Below, piece after piece: positions 15,008 to 21,384 of a stretch of 35,287 bases of DNA. Source of the DNA: a virus. Lineage: Duplodnaviria; Caudoviricetes. Each line of letters opens with the position of its first letter. The stretch's first letter is position 1. The DNA lies in the IMG/VR virus record IMGVR_UViG_3300042338_000599, positions 1 to 35,287 of that record; one strand, given 5' to 3'. The notes beneath the pieces are model-generated. The model searched no databases. It was not told the DNA's origin and saw only the letters and a list, made by a program, of their open reading frames with translations. The position numbers and the translations under genes are program-made.

Positions 15008-16831
15008 ATGAATTCAACATTTGAAAATCCTGTTGATCGAGAAAACCACATTGTCAGAGGTGTGAAGGTTCTTGGATTTACTTCCGCGAATGGAAGGATT
15101 TATGATTTTGCAGCAGTGAAGGAAGCTATTCAAAAATATGAAAAGGCTCCTGTAAACAAAGATCACAACATGGAAGAACCTTCCTTTTCTGATCGGCTAG
15201 GATGGCTTGAGAATGTTATTTTAGAAAAGGATGGGTTGTACGCCGATTTCCATTATAACCCTCATGCAGAAGGTATTGAATCGTTTCTATGGTTCGCTGA
15301 ACACAATGGGCTTGGTGATGTAGGTTTCTCACATTTAGTTTCTGGAAAATATTCTGTTGATCCGGATGGTACGGAACGAATCACAAGAATTGACAAGGTT
15401 AAATCTGTTGACCTAGTGGCTAACCCTGCTACAACTAAAACAATATTTGAATCAGAAGTTAAACCTATGCCAAAAAAGGTAGTTAAGGAAGCAGAATATT
15501 TTTCTAAAGGTACAAAAATATCTAAGTCTGATTTAAAAAGAATAGAAAAAGAATCAGACGCAGCATATAAAAAAGTACAAGATACAGTTTTTAAAACAAC
15601 TTCTGAATACAGAGCTGCACAAGATAGGGCAAATGTTGCAAATGAAATGTATCGTGAAGCATTAAAATTATATAATGCTCAACAGAATAAAGGATCTGAA
15701 TCTATGAAAGAAAACGATAGTGATTTTAAAGTAGTAACAAAACTTTCTGGTACTAATGATGACCAGGTTTCTAAACGAGAAAAAACTTATGACCTTTATT
15801 ACAAAGGGAAGTATTTAGGAACTGTTGATGACATTGCAAAAGTATGGAAGATTGAAAAGGAATACGCTAATAAAAAAGGATCTGAATCTATTAAAGAAGA
15901 TGATTATGATGATTTAGGTTTAACTGATAAAGAAAAAGCAGATAACCTTAGAGCAGCAAAATTGCAAGATAGAAAAATGGCTGCATCTAGGAGAAAAAAT
16001 AGTGGAGATGATGATGGCAGAAGAGGATATGGACCTACAGGAACTACAAGAACTAATAGGGCAAGGAGACGTGAATCTGTTAAGGAAGCAAAACAACCTT
16101 CTACAGGTTCCGAAATGACAGTTAAACAACTTATGGATTTATTCAAGGATGGTGAATGGGAAGCTTATTCGGATGTGGTTCCTAATAAGTATGTTACACT
16201 TTTTAACAAAAGTAAAAACAAAAAAGTTAATATCCTAGTACGCGAACAAGGAGATGATGAAATGGACAATAATAAAATGATGGAAGAAGAAAATCCAATG
16301 CAAGAAGAAGGTATGCAAGAACCAATGATGGAAGAAGCAGATGATGTTTACGCAAAAGTAAAAGAAGTTTGTGAAGGGGAAGGTTCTGATGAAGAAAAAT
16401 CCCAAAAGATTCTTGAAATGCTTGGCCTCTCCGGTGGTATGTCCGAAGGTGAAGATGAACCTATGGAAGAAGCAGAAGAAGATCCAGAAGAAAAAGATGG
16501 TTCTAAATCTGCTGTTCTTGAAGTCGATGATGAAGAAGAAGAAGAACCCAAAAAAGAATCTAAATCGGAATTAGCTTCTTTGAGAAAATGGAAAGCTGAA
16601 AAGCTTAAGGAAGAAAAGATTGTGAATCTGATTAAAGAATCTAATCTTGAACCTACTAAAGTATTCATCAAACAACTTTCTGCAATTGATTCTAAGCTAT
16701 GGAGTGAAGCAATCAACGATAGGAAGAAAGTTGCCTTAGTTAAATCTTCCGTTAAACCTATTTCATCTGGTTCGCAATCAAGAAGCGAATTAAGTTACAA
16801 ACAATTTCTTGAATCCGTATTAGGTAAATAA
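15008..16831 (+). CDS. prohead protease - cassette array - scaffold fusion
   Basis: N-terminal ~150 aa carry SANGRIY, VNKDH, VGFSH and SVDLVANPATT (HK97/T4-type prohead protease motifs); acidic and coiled-coil C-terminus. Confidence 0.85.
   Translation: MNSTFENPVDRENHIVRGVKVLGFTSANGRIYDFAAVKEAIQKYEKAPVNKDHNMEEPSFSDRLGWLENVILEKDGLYADFHYNPHAEGIESFLWFAEHNGLGDVGFSHLVSGKYSVDPDGTERITRIDKVKSVDLVANPATTKTIFESEVKPMPKKVVKEAEYFSKGTKISKSDLKRIEKESDAAYKKVQDTVFKTTSEYRAAQDRANVANEMYREALKLYNAQQNKGSESMKENDSDFKVVTKLSGTNDDQVSKREKTYDLYYKGKYLGTVDDIAKVWKIEKEYANKKGSESIKEDDYDDLGLTDKEKADNLRAAKLQDRKMAASRRKNSGDDDGRRGYGPTGTTRTNRARRRESVKEAKQPSTGSEMTVKQLMDLFKDGEWEAYSDVVPNKYVTLFNKSKNKKVNILVREQGDDEMDNNKMMEEENPMQEEGMQEPMMEEADDVYAKVKEVCEGEGSDEEKSQKILEMLGLSGGMSEGEDEPMEEAEEDPEEKDGSKSAVLEVDDEEEEEPKKESKSELASLRKWKAEKLKEEKIVNLIKESNLEPTKVFIKQLSAIDSKLWSEAINDRKKVALVKSSVKPISSGSQSRSELSYKQFLESVLGK
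16262..16831 (+). CDS. nested in-frame scaffold protein (internal start)
   Basis: AGGAG at 16249-16253 followed by an in-frame ATG at 16262 (codon 419); analogous to lambda C/Nu3. Confidence 0.6.
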   Translation: MDNNKMMEEENPMQEEGMQEPMMEEADDVYAKVKEVCEGEGSDEEKSQKILEMLGLSGGMSEGEDEPMEEAEEDPEEKDGSKSAVLEVDDEEEEEPKKESKSELASLRKWKAEKLKEEKIVNLIKESNLEPTKVFIKQLSAIDSKLWSEAINDRKKVALVKSSVKPISSGSQSRSELSYKQFLESVLGK

Positions 16832-16856
16832 ACAAACTATTTAAGGAGTTTCTACA

Positions 16857-17327
16857 ATGGCCATTCGATACAGTTTCAATACTACTAATCCTGTTATGGC
16901 TGAAGTTGATACAACTTCTGCAATCGCTTTAGGCGATCTTGTTGCACAAGTTTCAGGTGAAGTAATTTCTGCTGCTGATTTTACTTGGACAACCAACTTA
17001 GCAACAACCCAAGAAAATTTTGCAACAGCATTTCTTGGAATATCTGGTCAAACTAAACTTGAAGATGTTGAAAAAATCTATGGTAACTCTGTAGCTAATC
17101 AAATCAGAATTGATTGCTCCGGTATTTATGAAGGTGATTATACAGGGGGTGCCCTTGTTATTGGCGATTATGTTGGCCCTAGTTCCGCTGCTAGTGTACT
17201 CCTTCCACAATCACTTGTTAAAGTTGCAACTGCTGCTTTAGCAATTGGTAGGGTTGTAGAATCTTTAGCTGGAAATGGAACTGTAAAATTCCAATTGCTA
17301 TCATCACTTAATTCAGTATCCCGTTAA
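16857..17327 (+). CDS. capsid decoration / cement protein
   Basis: Sits between scaffold and major capsid gene; IALGDLV, FLGIS, IGDYV and AIGRVV pattern; AAGGAG RBS. Confidence 0.7.
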   Translation: MAIRYSFNTTNPVMAEVDTTSAIALGDLVAQVSGEVISAADFTWTTNLATTQENFATAFLGISGQTKLEDVEKIYGNSVANQIRIDCSGIYEGDYTGGALVIGDYVGPSSAASVLLPQSLVKVATAALAIGRVVESLAGNGTVKFQLLSSLNSVSR

Positions 17328-17359
17328 ACAAACTTTTTAATTTTTAGGAGATTTTGAGA

Positions 17360-18580
17360 ATGAAGAATCTAGGAAAAAAGCTTAAAGCATTTGGCAAACA
17401 AAATGGTGTCTTGAAAACTAAAACCTACTTAGCAGAATCTATTGCCAAGGGTGATATTAGTTTGAGAAACATTTCCCTTCGAGGCCTTGCAGAAGGTATT
17501 GTTGGCGATGATTGGGCCGAAAAGATGCAACGCTTCAACGGGCCTGATCGAGTGTTTATGGAAGCATCTGAAGCGGTTGACGCAAGTAACTTTGCAGCAA
17601 TCACAGGTCAGATTCTTATCACTACTGTTCAGGAAAAATATAAACTTGCAAATTTGATTGGCGATGAATTGGTGCAAACAATTCCCGCTGGTCAAAATCT
17701 TTCAAGTGAATTAATTCCTTGGTTATCTGATATCAGTCCTTCACCTGATGTTGTTCAACCCGGTATGCCATATTCACAAACTCAATTTAGTGGTAACTAT
17801 GTACGAATTCCAGCAATCGAAAAGGTTGGTAGAATTTGTGCAATTACTGCTGAAATGATTTATTCTGATAAAACTTCCCAAGCTTTATCTAGTGCTGAAT
17901 CGGTTGGAACTTATTGCGGTTTAGTTCGCGAGGAACGAATTCTAAATACCGTATTAGGTTTAACAGGAAGTTATGTTTATGGAACTGCTGTAGGTGCAGA
18001 ATCTACTCTAAACACCTATAGCACTACAGCACAAGCTGGTATGACTTTTGGATTCATTAATAAGGTTACATCATATGCTTTGAGCAATTGGTCAAGCATT
18101 AACACGCTTGAACAACTGTTCTACAATATGAAGGACCCTAATACTGGAAAACCTATTCATATTTTTGAACCAGGTGCAATGTCCATGCTAGTTATGCCAT
18201 TCCAAAGATATACTGCAAGCAGGATTTTAAATCCTCAAACAGTTACTAAGAACGGGCCTTTTGCTACTAGTGGTGATGTTGAACAGCTTGAAAGTCCAAA
18301 TCCTTTGGATACTAATTACAAGATTTTGACTTCTGCTAACGCAAGAAATCTTCTTGTAACTAGTGGTGTTGCAGCATCAACAGCAGACAAGTATGTGTTC
18401 CTTGGAAACTTTAAAAAGGCTTTTGTATGGCGCGAAGCGAAGCCACTTGAAGTCGTCCAAGCTCCTGCAAATAATTGGGCGGAATTTAATCAGGATATCA
18501 CGGTTGCTATTAAAGCATCGTGGTGGGGGTCTTGCGGTGTTATGGATCCTCGTTATGTGGTTCAAGGTTTACCCGCTTAA
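17360..18580 (+). CDS. major capsid protein (HK97 fold, Mu gpT-like)
   Basis: SNFAAITGQIL, KVGRICAITAEMIYSD and C-terminal GVMDPRYVV; size and position fit. ATG at 17360 preferred over TTG at 17354 for spacing from AGGAG. Confidence 0.9.
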   Translation: MKNLGKKLKAFGKQNGVLKTKTYLAESIAKGDISLRNISLRGLAEGIVGDDWAEKMQRFNGPDRVFMEASEAVDASNFAAITGQILITTVQEKYKLANLIGDELVQTIPAGQNLSSELIPWLSDISPSPDVVQPGMPYSQTQFSGNYVRIPAIEKVGRICAITAEMIYSDKTSQALSSAESVGTYCGLVREERILNTVLGLTGSYVYGTAVGAESTLNTYSTTAQAGMTFGFINKVTSYALSNWSSINTLEQLFYNMKDPNTGKPIHIFEPGAMSMLVMPFQRYTASRILNPQTVTKNGPFATSGDVEQLESPNPLDTNYKILTSANARNLLVTSGVAASTADKYVFLGNFKKAFVWREAKPLEVVQAPANNWAEFNQDITVAIKASWWGSCGVMDPRYVVQGLPA

Positions 18581-18601
18581 TCTACGGGTTAACCCCTCAA
18601 G

Positions 18602-18640
18602 ACCTGTACGGTTATTCCCTTTTCCGTACAGGTTTTTTCT
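18602..18640 (+). terminator. Rho-independent terminator after the major capsid gene
   Basis: ACCTGTACGG / CCGTACAGGT stem followed by a T-tract. Confidence 0.85.
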
Positions 18641-18656
18641 TATTGGAGTATTTGCA

Positions 18657-18869
18657 ATGCCTACACCCGCTGAAAATATTCTTACCATTCGAGATAATTA
18701 TATTGCAGCATTGTTAGCAGATTCTGCAAATCCTCAACCCTCATATTCTTGGGAAGGTGTTAGCGTTTCTAGAACTGAATGGAGACAACAACAACTTTTG
18801 AATGTAACGGAATGCAACAAGGTAGCAGCAGCATTAAACCCCCAAGAATTCCGTACTCAATTCATGTAG
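18657..18869 (+). CDS. head completion / adaptor protein (gpW-like)
   Basis: Start reassigned to the ATG at 18657 with GGAG RBS; PSYSWEGVSVSR hairpin motif. Confidence 0.7.
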   Translation: MPTPAENILTIRDNYIAALLADSANPQPSYSWEGVSVSRTEWRQQQLLNVTECNKVAAALNPQEFRTQFM

Positions 18870-18877
18870 GAGTGTTT

Positions 18878-19201
18878 ATGCCTACTTTAGACTTATCGCA
18901 AGAATACAATGTTTTTGACAATCCTGAAGTTCTTGTTTTAGTTAATCCCGCTGGTGATACGGCAACAACTAATTACGGGTATCGTAGAGCAATTACAGTT
19001 GCTTACCAAGATCAATCAGGAGTTATGAAAGTTGAAAACATTACTAAATTTTTAGTTTGGAAAACTAATATAACCCCATTAGTTCCGCAAATTGATTGCG
19101 AAATAACTGATTCAAACGCTGAAAAATACTATGTAAATAGTGTAGATAATCAGGGAAATCAAGAATATTACGGTTTAGACTGTACTAGGAAAAGCAGCTA
19201 A
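18878..19201 (+). CDS. putative head-closure protein
   Basis: Start reassigned to the ATG at 18878 with AGGAG RBS; function inferred from size and gene order. Confidence 0.6.
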   Translation: MPTLDLSQEYNVFDNPEVLVLVNPAGDTATTNYGYRRAITVAYQDQSGVMKVENITKFLVWKTNITPLVPQIDCEITDSNAEKYYVNSVDNQGNQEYYGLDCTRKSS

Positions 19202-19677
19202 TGCAAAAAGTAATGAAAACAAATCGGCCTATAATGACAGCAAATCCCGCTGACCGTTATACTACGATTGAAGATACTTTAGCAACAAATTTAGCTGCAT
19301 TAGGTTACACGGTATACAAAAGAAAAGGTGCTGTAATTCGTGAAACAGATGTGTTTCCATCTGTAGTTGTTTCCCCTTCTGATGATGGTGAAGAATTAGG
19401 TGTAGAAACATTTGGTGGTATTGTTGAATTCCTTTATAACTTTAGGGTTTATTATATTCAGACTTATACAAGGGATTTAGAATTTACTGATCTTGAAGAC
19501 CGTTACAAAATAAGAAAAGAAATTTATAGGATTAATCAATTTGCTGGTTCTATAAGTCCTACAAGAATTTCCATCAAAGGTATTCAACCTTTTTCAATCA
19601 ATGGACAACCACAAACTGTTTACAATGTTACGGGTTTTAGGGTACAATATGGTTTTATAGAACAAGGTTTGGTTTAA
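19201..19677 (+). CDS. putative tail terminator / completion protein
   Basis: FPSVVVSP motif and position just before the tail tube genes. Confidence 0.55.
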   Translation: MQKVMKTNRPIMTANPADRYTTIEDTLATNLAALGYTVYKRKGAVIRETDVFPSVVVSPSDDGEELGVETFGGIVEFLYNFRVYYIQTYTRDLEFTDLEDRYKIRKEIYRINQFAGSISPTRISIKGIQPFSINGQPQTVYNVTGFRVQYGFIEQGLV

Positions 19678-19691
19678 CTAGGAGAATTAAA

Positions 19692-20192
19692 ATGCCAGTA
19701 GATAATATATTTTTGACAGGTAAAATTGCTTTGTTTGATTTAACTAGAACAGATGGAGTTGTAGGTACTGGTACACTTCCAGTTACTACTGCAACCATTG
19801 CAACTAAAATTGAAACACCTGAATCTTCTTCTTATGCTTCAGGTGGTTACACGGAATTAGTTCTAGGAATTCAATCAGCAGAAATTACGGTAGAAATTCT
19901 TTATGATAAAGTTGCATTGCCTCCAATATTTGCTGGTATGAAAGCAGATGTTACTTTGTCTCCTACTGGTGGTAGGTCTGCATTTCTTGCATCATCTCCA
20001 ACAAGTACACAAGCTACTTTAGGAACAAATGAATATTTAGCTTATGCGGGTGATCCTTTAACTTTTAATTTTGAAAATTGTACTGTAACGCAAGTTACTT
20101 ACGATATGCCTGTAAAGGATCTTCAAAAAGTGAAGCTAACTTTAATTCCTTCAGCAAGTCCAGAAGTAAATTTTAGTGATGTAGCATTCTAA
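19692..20192 (+). CDS. tail tube-like protein 1
   Basis: LTGKIA, GIQSAEITVE and VTQVTYDMPVKDLQKVKLTL; AGGAG RBS. Confidence 0.65.
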   Translation: MPVDNIFLTGKIALFDLTRTDGVVGTGTLPVTTATIATKIETPESSSYASGGYTELVLGIQSAEITVEILYDKVALPPIFAGMKADVTLSPTGGRSAFLASSPTSTQATLGTNEYLAYAGDPLTFNFENCTVTQVTYDMPVKDLQKVKLTLIPSASPEVNFSDVAF

Positions 20193-20215
20193 ATTTAATT
20201 TAAGGAGTTTATACA

Positions 20216-20596
20216 ATGGCTGTTTTATCAGGTAGACTTGGTTCAATTGATTTTGGTGCATTAACAAACATTCCAGCAACAAACATTTCAGTTAATTCAA
20301 AAGCTGAAGTTGTTGACACAACTAATTTTACAGGTTTAGGTTTTGATTCTCATGCAATTGGTATGTATTCCGCTGAAATAACTTTAGACCTGTTAGAAGT
20401 TAATTCTGGTTTCGGATTGAAACAAGGTCAATCAGGAACTGTAACAATAAACGATGGTGACGATGTAACACCCGGTGCAGTTACTATTACTAATTGCCTG
20501 ATCACAGGTATTAATTATGATGCTGGTGCAAAAGATATCCAAAAAATGTCTATTACATTAGCAACTAAAGGTGCTTATTCTATCATTGTTGGTTAA
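20216..20596 (+). CDS. tail tube-like protein 2
   Basis: LSGRLG, EVVDTTNF, GMYSAEITLD and ITGINYDAGAKDIQKMSITL; AAGGAG RBS. Confidence 0.7.
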   Translation: MAVLSGRLGSIDFGALTNIPATNISVNSKAEVVDTTNFTGLGFDSHAIGMYSAEITLDLLEVNSGFGLKQGQSGTVTINDGDDVTPGAVTITNCLITGINYDAGAKDIQKMSITLATKGAYSIIVG

Positions 20597-20611
20597 ATCT
20601 AAGGGGGAAAA

Positions 20612-21034
20612 ATGGCAGATTCAGTAGGAAATATTTTGAATTCATCTGGTGAAGGTTCACAAACGATTGAATTTAAGGGGAAAAAATATACTGCAAGTTT
20701 GATTACTCAAAAAGTAAAAGCTGATTTTGAAAAGTCGATGGAAAAAAAAGCTTTAGATTCAATTTTTACTTTGAAGGATCGGCTTGAACCTGTTGAATTT
20801 CGAGAAGCTGTAAGCGGTGTTACTCGTGATATTGCTTCAGGTGTTTATTCTTTTGGATCTGAAAATTGTGTAGCGTTTTTAACAACTCCTGTAGGTGTTT
20901 TAACATTCGCTTCAATACTTTTTTCTGCTCCTGAAAATGAAATGCAAGATTTAGTTCTTTCTGAAAAAGAAAGATTTGAAGCAGTAATGGAAATCGTAAG
21001 GGAAAAAAGTTTCCCAAACGCAAGGAGGGAGTAA
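20612..21034 (+). CDS. tail assembly chaperone (gpG-like)
   Basis: Lies between tail tube and tape measure genes and ends in a slippery site. Confidence 0.75.
   Translation: MADSVGNILNSSGEGSQTIEFKGKKYTASLITQKVKADFEKSMEKKALDSIFTLKDRLEPVEFREAVSGVTRDIASGVYSFGSENCVAFLTTPVGVLTFASILFSAPENEMQDLVLSEKERFEAVMEIVREKSFPNARRE
21013..21019 (+). other. -1 programmed ribosomal frameshift site C CCA AAC
   Basis: X XXY YYZ heptamer in the correct frame; the -1 frame is open from 21013 into ORF 21097-21384. Confidence 0.8.
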
Positions 21035-21384
21035 GTTCATCCAAAAGATATGAACCTATTCCCCCTCCAAATTTAATTAATTACTATGTTCACTTAATGG
21101 ATAAACCTTATCTATTAAGGCCTTGGGAGATAGAAAAATTAACCGATATGCAGATTGTTGAACTGTACTACAGAAAAAGAGATGATAAAGGAATACCACT
21201 AGAAATAAACGATGAAAAGCATGAATGGGATACTAGGAAAAAGATAGTTGCAGAAGATGTTATGATGTTCAACAAGTATCAGAATTTTATGAAAACGGGT
21301 TCTATGTTAGGTGGTTCACCCAAGCAATTGAATAAATCTTGGGTTGATAAATTTGGAAAAATACCGGAAAAACCAAATGGCTAA
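21013..21384 (+). CDS. tail assembly chaperone gpGT-like C-terminal part
   Basis: -1 frame reads KRKEGVSSSKRYEPIPPPNLINYYVHLMDKPYLLRPWEIEKLTDMQI; the PxEIxxLT motif is typical of gpT. Confidence 0.75.
   Translation, partial: PKRKEGVSSSKRYEPIPPPNLINYYVHLMDKPYLLRPWEIEKLTDMQIVELYYRKRDDKGIPLEINDEKHEWDTRKKIVAEDVMMFNKYQNFMKTGSMLGGSPKQLNKSWVDKFGKIPEKPNG

Noticed and set aside
15904-16716. Antisense and alternate-frame ORFs within the protease-scaffold gene
   Set aside because: Ser-rich mirror translations of the Glu/Asp-rich sense strand.
18363-18656. N-terminal extension of ORF 18363-18869
   Set aside because: Overlaps the capsid gene and crosses its terminator; a better start with RBS lies at 18657.
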